A DNA stretch of 64,000 bases from a virus, in the IMG/VR virus record IMGVR_UViG_3300032242_000550, positions 1 to 64,000 of that record. The stretch is one strand, 5' to 3'. The position numbers were made by a program, and so were the translations under genes. Under the pieces are notes generated by a model that had not been told where the DNA came from, did no database searches, and saw only the letters and a list, made by a program, of their open reading frames with translations. Position 1 is the first letter of the stretch, and the number at the start of each line of letters is the position of its first letter. Below, piece by piece: positions 37,114 through 46,941 of the stretch.

Positions 37114-38332
37114 TTTTAATCCTAGTATTACCGTAATGTATAACTTTACATCCTGTTATACTATCTATCGTACGCCACGGGTCTAAAATAACGCTACCGT
37201 GTTCTATATTAAAGTAGAATTGATTTGGTAATATCTCAACTCCAGTACCCGCATAAGTTACTGCAGGATTATGTGCCATTAAAATTACTGCACATCCTTG
37301 CCAAACATCATCAGTTAACGGGTCGGCATATGAAACTTTATGTCCTGCTTCTTCAACAAAATACCCAACCAATTCACTATAACTACCAATAGTATAGGGT
37401 ACATATGGCTTATATGCTCGTCCATGAATTACAATAGGTAATTTGTGTTCAACAGATAGATTAACTAATTTTAATGCTAGATTCTTAGCTTGTTGGTCTC
37501 TACTATGCATAACAGCATGAAACAAATCATATCCTAAATCTAAACGTTCTGCTAGATAGCGTAATGCAATATTATCTCTTGGATGACATGCTCCGGCATC
37601 ACCCATACCAGCAGTTAAATATCTTGGCCCTGTAATACGTTGTGTTGCGGCTTTCAATGCATCAGTAACTACATCTACATTGATATTGCCGTTCTTTTCC
37701 GCAACATCTTGTATCATATTCACCAAGCCAATCTTAGTACTAATAAACGTATTGTAAAATATCTTAATAGATTCAGCTTCATCCCATGTACCAATATTGA
37801 TTCTAGGATCGTTTGCCATTAATGGCTTATAAAAATCTACTAATAGTTTTGCATCACCGGTTTCACTACCATCACTAGTTCCAATGATAATACATTCTGG
37901 GTTAACCATATCCCATTTAACGCTTCCCATAGCTATCAAGTATGGATTATAAATGAATCGTGCATTGGTAATGCAAGGTTCTAAATGTTGTCGTACTGTT
38001 CCGGGAAGTACAGTAGAGATTAGTACTACCAATTGAGTTTTGTTAACATATTTGTTTATTTCAGTTAATACCTGCTGAACAATACTATAATCAAAATCTT
38101 TTGATGGTAAATCAGCGATTGGTTTACTACCACCATACATAGGATCGTGTGGTGTAGGCACTGCAACAAAGATTAAATCACGTCCGTTAACAGCTTCTTG
38201 TATCGTATCTGTTAACGGAATTTGACTATCGGGGTCTTTAACTACATCATATCCAACTATATTATAATGTTGGCTCATAACTTCTGCACACGGTAAACCT
38301 AATTTACCACAGCCAATCATTGCTACTTGCAT
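37106..38332 (-). CDS. UDP-glucose/GDP-mannose dehydrogenase family protein
   Basis: IGCGKLG, FVAVPTP, STVLPGT, YNP, AESIKIFYN, catalytic GACHPRD. Confidence 0.9.
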   Translation of the reverse strand: MQVAMIGCGKLGLPCAEVMSQHYNIVGYDVVKDPDSQIPLTDTIQEAVNGRDLIFVAVPTPHDPMYGGSKPIADLPSKDFDYSIVQQVLTEINKYVNKTQLVVLISTVLPGTVRQHLEPCITNARFIYNPYLIAMGSVKWDMVNPECIIIGTSDGSETGDAKLLVDFYKPLMANDPRINIGTWDEAESIKIFYNTFISTKIGLVNMIQDVAEKNGNINVDVVTDALKAATQRITGPRYLTAGMGDAGACHPRDNIALRYLAERLDLGYDLFHAVMHSRDQQAKNLALKLVNLSVEHKLPIVIHGRAYKPYVPYTIGSYSELVGYFVEEAGHKVSYADPLTDDVWQGCAVILMAHNPAVTYAGTGVEILPNQFYFNIEHGSVILDPWRTIDSITGCKVIHYGNTRIKND

Positions 38333-39594
38333 AACTTTTCCTTAATAAAATCTACTACTTCTTGCTCTGGTCTACGTGACATTAGCAAGTTATAATTATG
38401 TTCTAGTATATATTTGTTTTCTTGTATTAGGTTAAATAACTGTTCTGTGGTATATTTACTAGATATATCTTCTACTAACTTAACTATTTTATCCATTCTT
38501 TTATGACAATCAAATTCTTCATCATAACTTTCATCCCATAATGTATCAAACGTTTTATATCCCAAACTACGTAAACGTTTTAATATATAAGGATTGCCTA
38601 TTACAATAAAGGGCATACCCAATGATAATGGTTTAAATGTTTTTTCTGTTAAAAACAGATTACTTGAATCTGAGGAAAATAATGTTTCTGTTGTTATGAA
38701 TATCAAATTCTTAGCTGAGAAATTATATTTTATATTATCCCAATGATTACTACTAAAGTCAGAGGTGTCAAGTACCCATGGTAAAGAACTTAACATTTCT
38801 GCAAAATCAGTATTATCTTTAATCTTATCAATAAACTGATTATTGTTATAGCTAACAATTTCATCTATAGAACGTACATCTTTTAAACTGGCATTAAAGT
38901 CCGTTAGTAACTTTTTATTATACATTTGATACATGAAATAATATCTAAGTTCTCTTGGAATACGATTCAAACATAAAAACTTTTTTAAATTAGGACTATT
39001 TATGTCGCTACTTGACGGTTGTTTAGTTGTGGTCATTCGCATCGCAGTTTCAAAATATTGCCAGGTAATCATTTTTATTTCATTATCAACAATATCATTG
39101 TTCATATTACCCGATATCAAAACTACATTACGTGTGTTAATAGATGCTTTAGCTAATTTATCCTTTAATAAAACATAGTAGTCTTGTGTATAATAATCAC
39201 TTTCATGTGCATCATTTAACACTAATAAACATTGTCCTGAGTTTACCGCATTAATTAATCCAATTGGCAGATGCTCAAAGAAGTTATAATTATCGGGTAT
39301 ACCCTTAATACCGTTACGTGAATGAAGATTACGCACAGTATTACCCAAATATCTAAATGTCAAAACATACACAAAGGGTTCACTAGTAGATAAAGCTTCA
39401 TGCATTGTAATAGCTTTAGTTGGTATATTGTTTTTTTCTAATACAGTTTGTAATGGGGCATGATAGTCATAATAACATTCTTCAAAAATGCCATTCATAG
39501 GGTAATATTTATTATCATATGAATTTATATGCCAACGCCACGTGGGCTGATAGTCTGCTACTATACCATCATATGCAAAATTAATTGGATTCAT
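38323..39594 (-). CDS. Hypothetical protein, GT-B / GT10-like C-terminus
   Basis: FLCLNR..R..R, ITTET, FLTEKTFKP...PFIVIG...LRSLGYKTF...WDESYD. Confidence 0.55.
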   Translation of the reverse strand: MNPINFAYDGIVADYQPTWRWHINSYDNKYYPMNGIFEECYYDYHAPLQTVLEKNNIPTKAITMHEALSTSEPFVYVLTFRYLGNTVRNLHSRNGIKGIPDNYNFFEHLPIGLINAVNSGQCLLVLNDAHESDYYTQDYYVLLKDKLAKASINTRNVVLISGNMNNDIVDNEIKMITWQYFETAMRMTTTKQPSSSDINSPNLKKFLCLNRIPRELRYYFMYQMYNKKLLTDFNASLKDVRSIDEIVSYNNNQFIDKIKDNTDFAEMLSSLPWVLDTSDFSSNHWDNIKYNFSAKNLIFITTETLFSSDSSNLFLTEKTFKPLSLGMPFIVIGNPYILKRLRSLGYKTFDTLWDESYDEEFDCHKRMDKIVKLVEDISSKYTTEQLFNLIQENKYILEHNYNLLMSRRPEQEVVDFIKEKLCK

Positions 39595-40798
39595 TTAATA
39601 AACTCCAATACTCAGGGAATGTTGTTGCAAAAGATTCATTACGATAGTCATCATGTAAATTGGTTACTTTAATAAATTCAGCTAAATTATCACTTGATCC
39701 TTCATTATCTAACATAAAAGCCAAGACTTCTTTAATACCAAATATTTCTTGTACATATGATAATGAATGTGCATCTAATTTTTCAACCTTAGCTTTGATA
39801 ATATTCTTAATATTAGTGGGTAAATTCTTAATGGACATCTTGTCTGGCCAATGTAATAGATTGAATTTTAAGTTTAATTTGAGATTTTCTGCATTAAACT
39901 TTATTAATTCATCAATATAAAATATATTGTACATACTTATGGTACAGTATAAACTCATTGATACATTAGATTTACTATTAGCTTGGTATTTCTTTATATT
40001 ACTTACTACCTCATCCCACTTAGCAGGATGACGTTGATATTCAAATCTAGGACCAATATCATCTAAACTTATGTTAAATTCAACCAATGCCATTTTATCC
40101 CAAACTTGTGATACAGCCTCATCATATATAGTTCCATTGGTATTGTAAAACAGTTCAATATCTAATTTTCTTATATCTGGATAGTTAGATAGCATTTCCA
40201 TAATTCTAGCATGTTCTGGTTGCATTAACGGTTCGCCACCATAAAATTCAATAATATGTAGATCTGGTATAAGTTCTTTAAACGTTTCAAAGTTCAGTTC
40301 ATTTTTAATAAACTTACGTTCTGCATACTTACTGAATATCTTAATAGTATGTTCGTGGTATTCACCTGTATCTAATGATTCTTTCAACCAATTAGAACTA
40401 CAGTATGGTCCACATATTCTACATTTTAAATTGCATAGACTGCTAAACTTTAAATCCATTGTGATAATTTTAGGATCTTGGTATCTAACAGGATACTTAT
40501 GTCCTTTATGACGATGCCATTTAGATACGTTTTCTCTATGTTGACGTAGACTGGTAATTCCAGCTGATTCTTCATCCCAACAGGCTTTACATGCTTCAGG
40601 CTCAACACCATTTAAAAAATCATTTCTAATTTTTTCCATTGCAGGCTGATAGAATAATTCTTGTATAGTCTTATCATGCAATGTTTCTGTATCAATCTCT
40701 GTATCTACTTTGTTAAGATTATACTTACAGCAAGGTGATACAGAACCACTAGGATTTAATACTATATTTGAGAAAGGAAATAAACACTTACGAGACAT
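39581..40798 (-). CDS. Radical SAM protein with N-terminal SPASM/twitch-like domain
   Basis: CNLKCRIC, YGGEP, NTNGT; N-terminal CLFPF...SPCC...CKACW. Confidence 0.9.
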   Translation of the reverse strand: MSRKCLFPFSNIVLNPSGSVSPCCKYNLNKVDTEIDTETLHDKTIQELFYQPAMEKIRNDFLNGVEPEACKACWDEESAGITSLRQHRENVSKWHRHKGHKYPVRYQDPKIITMDLKFSSLCNLKCRICGPYCSSNWLKESLDTGEYHEHTIKIFSKYAERKFIKNELNFETFKELIPDLHIIEFYGGEPLMQPEHARIMEMLSNYPDIRKLDIELFYNTNGTIYDEAVSQVWDKMALVEFNISLDDIGPRFEYQRHPAKWDEVVSNIKKYQANSKSNVSMSLYCTISMYNIFYIDELIKFNAENLKLNLKFNLLHWPDKMSIKNLPTNIKNIIKAKVEKLDAHSLSYVQEIFGIKEVLAFMLDNEGSSDNLAEFIKVTNLHDDYRNESFATTFPEYWSLLNESN

Positions 40799-42186
40799 TA
40801 AACAGCCTTACACATGTTGTAAAATTCAGTATATTCAGGGAAAGTATCTGTAAACTTCATACTTCTACGTACATCAAAATCATCAAACCACATCCAAAAT
40901 AATCGTCTTTGTTGATCTCTATCCATAGTGTTAGTTTTTATACTTTCACTTAAGGTACGTATAAAATCCATAAATTCAATCCATCTACCATATTTGTCTG
41001 GTACTAATGGCATAATATCTTTCTTAGTATCCATGTACTCTATACATTCATCAATATACTTTGCGAAATCAGGTGTCAATATAGATGGACTTTGATGGCT
41101 AGGGAACGTCACTACACTCTGTTTAATAGCAACTGGTCGTCCATGTTTATGATATAAACTTTCAGCATACATTACAAAATCTTTAATACTAGATATACTC
41201 AATGCATTAATTGCAGGCATAAATCCAAATCCAAAGTCTAGTTCTTTATGGCTCAATACTTTGTCAATGTTACTAGTGAATCTATCCCACTTAATACCAT
41301 TACGTATATATTCTGCTCTTTCACCCACACTTTCCATACTAACTAATATCTCAACATCAAATACTTCACTTAGTTTAGGTAGATATGTTAAGAACTTATC
41401 CAAATAATTCTTTGGTGTATTCATGTTAGTAACTATCCAAAAACTTACTTTCTTGTCAGGGGCAATAGCTTGTTTACTTGCTAATAACTTATCAACAAAC
41501 GTATAGAATTCTGGCATGATAAGTGGTTCACCACCAATAATACCAATACGTGTACAATACTTAACACCTACAGTATCAAACCATTCCCAAAACTTTTCAT
41601 TGAATATATCAGGTGCTTTGGGGAATTCTCTATCATATTGTTCTTGCGAGATACGTCCTAATTTGATTTCTTCAGTAGCCCATTGTGTGCTGTAGTGATG
41701 GTTACAATACATACATTTCATATCACACGTATTACCCAAACTAATCTCTAACATATATGGATGATCTGATTTTAATTTAGGATCGTTTATATCAGTAATA
41801 TTCTGTAAGGTGTCTAAAAATACTTCTTCACTATACTGTTGTTCAGGAATCTGTTTACGCATAGTCATATGACGCCAATATGCTTCTGGTGTATGTCTTG
41901 GACTAGTCATACCACTATCTTCAATGTTCCAACATGTTTTACAGTCTTGTGTTTTTACACCTTGAATTAAATCTAAACGGCTTTGTAGCATCTTAGGACT
42001 ATTAAGAAATGCATCTATCCCATGCGTTTTTAGTTCATCTTCAGATACTTTATTACTAGGTGTTCTACAGCAACTACGAAATTCTCCCCTATCCATATTA
42101 AATATAGGATAGTTCCATTTCAAATCACATATGGTGTCTAACGGACTAAATCTCTCAGCAGAATTATATATCGGTATTGTTTTCAT
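40798..42186 (-). CDS. Radical SAM protein with N-terminal SPASM/twitch-like domain
   Basis: CDMKCMYC, IGGEP; N-terminal CDLKW...RSCC...CKTCW. Confidence 0.9.
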   Translation of the reverse strand: MKTIPIYNSAERFSPLDTICDLKWNYPIFNMDRGEFRSCCRTPSNKVSEDELKTHGIDAFLNSPKMLQSRLDLIQGVKTQDCKTCWNIEDSGMTSPRHTPEAYWRHMTMRKQIPEQQYSEEVFLDTLQNITDINDPKLKSDHPYMLEISLGNTCDMKCMYCNHHYSTQWATEEIKLGRISQEQYDREFPKAPDIFNEKFWEWFDTVGVKYCTRIGIIGGEPLIMPEFYTFVDKLLASKQAIAPDKKVSFWIVTNMNTPKNYLDKFLTYLPKLSEVFDVEILVSMESVGERAEYIRNGIKWDRFTSNIDKVLSHKELDFGFGFMPAINALSISSIKDFVMYAESLYHKHGRPVAIKQSVVTFPSHQSPSILTPDFAKYIDECIEYMDTKKDIMPLVPDKYGRWIEFMDFIRTLSESIKTNTMDRDQQRRLFWMWFDDFDVRRSMKFTDTFPEYTEFYNMCKAV

Positions 42187-42883
42187 CTTTTAATAACTTT
42201 TCTAAAAATTGTTTTACTTTTGGTGCATTAGATATTAAATTATAAGGGTCACCTGTTATTTGCTTTTGGTATCTAGGGTTAAATTTAACAGGAATTCCTA
42301 AATACTTCTCCAGGTCATCTATTGCGTGTTCGTATCGTATAGTGTCGTATTTAATGTTTAATTGAGATAACATCGTATTAAAAATACCTCGCTGTTTATA
42401 TAACCATTCTGCATTACCCGTACGAACAATTTCAAAAGATGAATCTATTGGGTGCGGTTGATTATTATCAAGAGTATTCCATTTATTTGTATGTAATGCT
42501 ATTAAAAAACTTAACAAATGATGTTCTACATTTTCTCTCTGTATAACAATAAATTTAAAATTTAAATCAGTAAGTCTTTTAACAATATCGGCTATATAGG
42601 GTTCCATTGAATCAACTAAAAACAATCTCATTACTAATGACTGATCCAATCTTGCCTCAGTTAATCGTTCAAATACGTATTTGATTCGTTCTTCATATGA
42701 GTCAAATTGAATGTTTACAGGGATGATGCGTTTATTTTCAGAGATACCAATTAACTTAATTAATGTTTTTTCAGTAAAGGGTTCAGCAAGATCAATAGAC
42801 CCTATCGTTTGCGAAATCATCCCTGCTATATATTGACTACCAGTTCTTGGCAAGCCCAATAAACAGTATCTATGTGTGCTCAT
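42164..42883 (-). CDS. Sulfotransferase-like (Stf0-type P-loop) protein
   Basis: PSB-like GLPRTGSQY, EPF, 3'-PB-like IQRENV...LS, IRYE. Confidence 0.65.
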   Translation of the reverse strand: MSTHRYCLLGLPRTGSQYIAGMISQTIGSIDLAEPFTEKTLIKLIGISENKRIIPVNIQFDSYEERIKYVFERLTEARLDQSLVMRLFLVDSMEPYIADIVKRLTDLNFKFIVIQRENVEHHLLSFLIALHTNKWNTLDNNQPHPIDSSFEIVRTGNAEWLYKQRGIFNTMLSQLNIKYDTIRYEHAIDDLEKYLGIPVKFNPRYQKQITGDPYNLISNAPKVKQFLEKLLKDENNTDI

Positions 42884-43830
42884 GGTTCTTTAGTACTCAT
42901 TATGTCAAAGTTACAATGACACATTGTTTTATTACATATTACAGGAGTTTTAGGTACTATAAAATCTTCAAAGATATTGCCAATCTTGCCACCAACACGA
43001 CACCATCCACGGTATATGTCACCGCCCAAATCTACAATAATTTGTTCTGCACCGGCATAACACTTCCATCCACTCCAATCATTAGTCTTTTGACTAATAA
43101 ATCTATGTGCGCTAGATACAACTTCAGTGCCATCATTTTTAATCATCTTCATAGCACCACGATAATATTCAAATGATTTGGTATACTTAATATGTTTAAC
43201 AATCAATTCATGTTGTTTATCAAATATCTTCTTTTGAAACTCATCATAATCATACAATGTATCACCAAAGTCATGTATTAATGGTTGCAATGCCATACTG
43301 ATATTACCGATACCTTTAACTTTATTTGCTACAGCATAACAAAAGTCAAACTTATCTGGACTCATCATAATATTTACATGGGTACGTACATCATCATGTA
43401 ACACTTTTACTACCTGTACAAAATGATCCGAATCTGCAAATTCTGGATGAAAGCTTAAACATACGTGGTCAAAGTATTGTTTATTATCTTCCCACCAACG
43501 TAGTGTTCTACTACCGTTACTGATTAGTCCTACTTTGGCACCTAATTCAGTACAATGCTTACATATCTCTACAAAGTGTTTGTATAGTGTTACCTCACCA
43601 CCTGTTAATTCAAAATAGACTTTACGTGGGGCAACTTGTTCTACTATACGTGTAATAAACTCTTTAACTTTTTCTAGTTCAGGCCATTTAATATCACCTG
43701 AATGAAGATTCTCTGGACAATAACTACATTCAAAGTTACAAGTGTTACCCATACACCAATTGACTACAAACCATTCTTCATGTGTAGGGTTACTGTGTAC
43801 TAATTTAATATAATCGTGTTCCATTACCAT
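42880..43830 (-). CDS. Radical SAM protein with C-terminal auxiliary Cys-rich domain
   Basis: CNFECSYC, TGGEV, ISNGSR; C-terminal GWKCYAG...WCRVGG...CNKTMCHC. Confidence 0.9.
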   Translation of the reverse strand: MVMEHDYIKLVHSNPTHEEWFVVNWCMGNTCNFECSYCPENLHSGDIKWPELEKVKEFITRIVEQVAPRKVYFELTGGEVTLYKHFVEICKHCTELGAKVGLISNGSRTLRWWEDNKQYFDHVCLSFHPEFADSDHFVQVVKVLHDDVRTHVNIMMSPDKFDFCYAVANKVKGIGNISMALQPLIHDFGDTLYDYDEFQKKIFDKQHELIVKHIKYTKSFEYYRGAMKMIKNDGTEVVSSAHRFISQKTNDWSGWKCYAGAEQIIVDLGGDIYRGWCRVGGKIGNIFEDFIVPKTPVICNKTMCHCNFDIMSTKEP

Positions 43831-44777
43831 CCTTCTATTTTTCGTATTACATCCATCTCTTTTACTAATGGACCGAGATTATATTTATCAGCACTATAAT
43901 GACGCTTGAAGAACTTGCTTTGACTTCCATCAAAGTAATTCATCGGTAATCCCAATTTGTTATTTAATGCCGCACCCAACAATGTTGATTCACGATCTGG
44001 ATCACGATTCTCATGTTCTTCCCATAATACAGTATAGTTATCAAACCACTGTACATTAGCAGGATCCCATTCGGTGAGCATAGTCATATATGTACCAAGT
44101 CGTGCACCATAGATAGCCCACTCACCATTCTCTACATCACGTCCAATATTGTGCCAAATAGTTAAGTTGTTTAGGTTACGACTAGCAACAGTTTCTTTTA
44201 ATGCATCAACAGTGGGTTTTGCACCACGGTCAAGTACCATTTTTACTCCTTCACGGAAGCCAGCTCGCCAGGCTTGAAAAGGAGTGTAATTTGGATATGT
44301 AGTTGAATAGCAATCATACATTGCCCAGTATAGATTATCCTTGCTATCTAAACAAAAATCAGCAATACGTGATACATCACCTTCTGTTTGATGTTCATGT
44401 GTTTTCATTTCACGCACATATGTTTTTGTCCAACTACTCATTCCACCATTGCCATAACGTAAGCCATTAATGTTGTTGATTGCTTTCCAACGATATTGTG
44501 CTAATTTATATTTAGGATCTTTATCGGTGAAATCTAATTGTAGGTTAAAGAAACTTTCATTTGGCATATTGTCACCATCAATTAATATGAAACGTTCTGT
44601 ATCACTTGCTATACCGGCGGCTTTATGTGCCGCATCGGATCCTTTAACACCATCAACACGTTTAGCCCACGGGACCATGTTCTTAATTTTTAGCCAGAAT
44701 TCTTCTTTTTGTGGTTCATCGTAACTGAGATAGATACAATCTAAATCTGCTACATCAACAATATCATCAGAGTTCAT
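43824..44777 (-). CDS. Putative GT-A fold glycosyltransferase
   Basis: DCIYLSYDEP, VDGVKGSDAAHKAA, FILIDGD (DxD after a hydrophobic strand). Confidence 0.65.
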   Translation of the reverse strand: MNSDDIVDVADLDCIYLSYDEPQKEEFWLKIKNMVPWAKRVDGVKGSDAAHKAAGIASDTERFILIDGDNMPNESFFNLQLDFTDKDPKYKLAQYRWKAINNINGLRYGNGGMSSWTKTYVREMKTHEHQTEGDVSRIADFCLDSKDNLYWAMYDCYSTTYPNYTPFQAWRAGFREGVKMVLDRGAKPTVDALKETVASRNLNNLTIWHNIGRDVENGEWAIYGARLGTYMTMLTEWDPANVQWFDNYTVLWEEHENRDPDRESTLLGAALNNKLGLPMNYFDGSQSKFFKRHYSADKYNLGPLVKEMDVIRKIEGW

Positions 44778-45093
44778 ATGTTACTAATTTCCATTTAGTT
44801 ATGTTATCGTAGGAACTATCTACCACTATGCTTAAATCTTCAGTAGCACAAGTTGTACCTTCAACATCAGGTATTAATTTAGATACAACTGAGCCTGCAA
44901 TTGCACCTGCTACTTTGCCGTCTATTACTACAACATCGGGGCGTCCTTGTGCATAAGTATCACTATCAATTACTACATACTTACCTGCAGGCTTCTCACA
45001 TGTGTAAAATAACACATTACCTTTATCATCGTAATATAACCTAAATTCAGGTTTAATGATAGGTGGTGCTTCCCAAATTATTACTTGTTCCAT
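44767..45093 (-). CDS. Hypothetical protein
   Basis: 108 aa; FRLYYD..G motif; overlaps both neighbours. Confidence 0.7.
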   Translation of the reverse strand: MEQVIIWEAPPIIKPEFRLYYDDKGNVLFYTCEKPAGKYVVIDSDTYAQGRPDVVVIDGKVAGAIAGSVVSKLIPDVEGTTCATEDLSIVVDSSYDNITKWKLVTYEL

Positions 45094-45839
45094 AGATAAC
45101 TTTCTAGTAGTTTATCACTAAATGACTTAACATGATAGTGAAATGGATAAGATTGTGTATATGTATTAACTCTAATAGATTCTGGTAACAATTCATATAC
45201 CAATGTTTTAGTCCAATCTTCACTGGGTATACCATTAATATATTGTTTCATGTGAATCATACTCATCTCGGTAAAGTTTGGTAATGTAGTTTTTTCTATC
45301 CCTACAATATGACAAGCTATAGCATATACCCAATCAGTTGATACTTCTTCTTGTGGATTACATTTTAATATAGCTTTATACTCATCCCAGTGTTCAAAAA
45401 TATCTCTTACTACTGTGTAAAACAGTTTAGCTGTTTCTGATTTCTTAAAATAAGTTATACTATTGTATGTATCTGGTAGATTGTTTTCATCAATAAACTT
45501 ACGGTAAACTCTAGTATCTGATAATTCTCCCTTAAAGTTTCTAATATGTGTTGAAACTACTACATCATTAACATTTAATATATCCCACCAATGTTCAATA
45601 TTACGTGGGATAATCATATCTGCTTCTAGTTTAATTGTTTCATCATATGGGCTAGCCTCATATACTTGCCAATCATTAAAATATCCACCTAGATTACCAT
45701 ATGGTAACATATTACCGGTAAGTATACTTACATTGCTATTGGGCATAACTTTTTTGATACTTAATTCTAATGCTTTAGCGCAGTTAGTATAACTAACCTT
45801 GTCAGTATCTTGTGCTATAATTACGAAACCTCTAGTCAT
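45081..45839 (-). CDS. Putative GT-A (GT8-like) glycosyltransferase
   Basis: SPYDETIKLEAD (ExD), TYFKKS, DWVYAIA, HMK; paralog of the upstream gene. Confidence 0.65.
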   Translation of the reverse strand: MTRGFVIIAQDTDKVSYTNCAKALELSIKKVMPNSNVSILTGNMLPYGNLGGYFNDWQVYEASPYDETIKLEADMIIPRNIEHWWDILNVNDVVVSTHIRNFKGELSDTRVYRKFIDENNLPDTYNSITYFKKSETAKLFYTVVRDIFEHWDEYKAILKCNPQEEVSTDWVYAIACHIVGIEKTTLPNFTEMSMIHMKQYINGIPSEDWTKTLVYELLPESIRVNTYTQSYPFHYHVKSFSDKLLESYLWNK

Positions 45840-46639
45840 GCTATTAGCTCCATAAAATTATCTTTATTCATAACATGAAAGTCCATATCTTTAATGGTGA
45901 TATATTCTTTACGTATTTTACCACGACGCCAATTATCATACATTACTGTATATTCTGTATTGAATTCATTGGTATTATTTCTGTAGATTGACGTATTTTT
46001 GCCCACATGTACTAAATTCCACGGGATAATATCCCTACTATTATCACTATGTCCATTTGCAATACGTAGTGCTAGTGTTAGTGCATAGTCATTACGATAT
46101 ACCCCACCTACAAAACTATGTATATTGCAATAATGGTCATAGTTTTTTTGAACCATTTCTAAACATTCAAATATTTGTTTGGCTCTTGATGTTTTCTTAA
46201 ATGCAACTACAGTAGCCCATAGTGTTTTAAAGCTATATGCACTTAATACTTCTTGTGCAACACCCGGTTGCATTAAGTAGCTGGTTGTGTCATGGCAACA
46301 GAAATCATCGTACAAGTTAAATGTATGTAGTAGCTTATCTGAGTTTACCATATAATCTGTATCTAACAATAGTGTTTCATCATATGGGCTATATTCATAT
46401 GCATGATATCTACCCTTATTAATCCAGATGTTATGTTCTCTTATATTATTTTTATCTGCGTTAGTAATTACAGTGTTATCAAATGTATAAGTGGATGTAA
46501 TTGGGATAGATTCAGTATCAGTAATTAGAGTTACCGGAAGATTTAAGAAATGGTTTATGCGTTTAGCCGTAGCAACTGCCATATTATAGTAATTGACCTT
46601 GGGTGAATTGAACGCAAATAATATTGCACCTTTAGTCAT
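45836..46639 (-). CDS. Putative GT-A (GT8-like) glycosyltransferase
   Basis: SPYDETLLLDTD (DxD), WATVVAFKK, RNDYALTLA, HVMNK. Confidence 0.7.
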   Translation of the reverse strand: MTKGAILFAFNSPKVNYYNMAVATAKRINHFLNLPVTLITDTESIPITSTYTFDNTVITNADKNNIREHNIWINKGRYHAYEYSPYDETLLLDTDYMVNSDKLLHTFNLYDDFCCHDTTSYLMQPGVAQEVLSAYSFKTLWATVVAFKKTSRAKQIFECLEMVQKNYDHYCNIHSFVGGVYRNDYALTLALRIANGHSDNSRDIIPWNLVHVGKNTSIYRNNTNEFNTEYTVMYDNWRRGKIRKEYITIKDMDFHVMNKDNFMELIA

Positions 46640-46941
46640 CGTATTGTCTCAATCTCTTTCCATTCTTTATACCAATCAAGCATAACTTTGTTATATGTAT
46701 CTTTTATTACTGTCAGTAGTTGGTCACGATTAACATGTACTGGGTTATTAAAGTTGTCAATTAGTATTACAAAGTTATCGTCTATTGCGGACAAAAATGA
46801 AATAAGTTCAGGGCTAGCTTTCCAAAGTCCCCCTTGTTCAGCAATAATAAATTTGCCGTCGTATTTGTCTTTTAGTTGCGCTTTTGCGCTATTGTGATTG
46901 AAGCGGGCTTTAGCCTCGCTGATTAAGGTTTTAGTATCCAT
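46636..46941 (-). CDS. Hypothetical protein heading the glycosylation-like operon
   Basis: 101 aa; AGGAG Shine-Dalgarno; late box CTAAATA at 46958-46964. Confidence 0.75.
   Translation of the reverse strand: MDTKTLISEAKARFNHNSAKAQLKDKYDGKFIIAEQGGLWKASPELISFLSAIDDNFVILIDNFNNPVHVNRDQLLTVIKDTYNKVMLDWYKEWKEIETIR

Noticed and set aside
27985-46941. Bacterial capsule/O-antigen locus or integrated host DNA
   Set aside because: No wzx/wzy/ABC transporter or membrane initiating transferase; phage late-type boxes; contiguous with tail genes.
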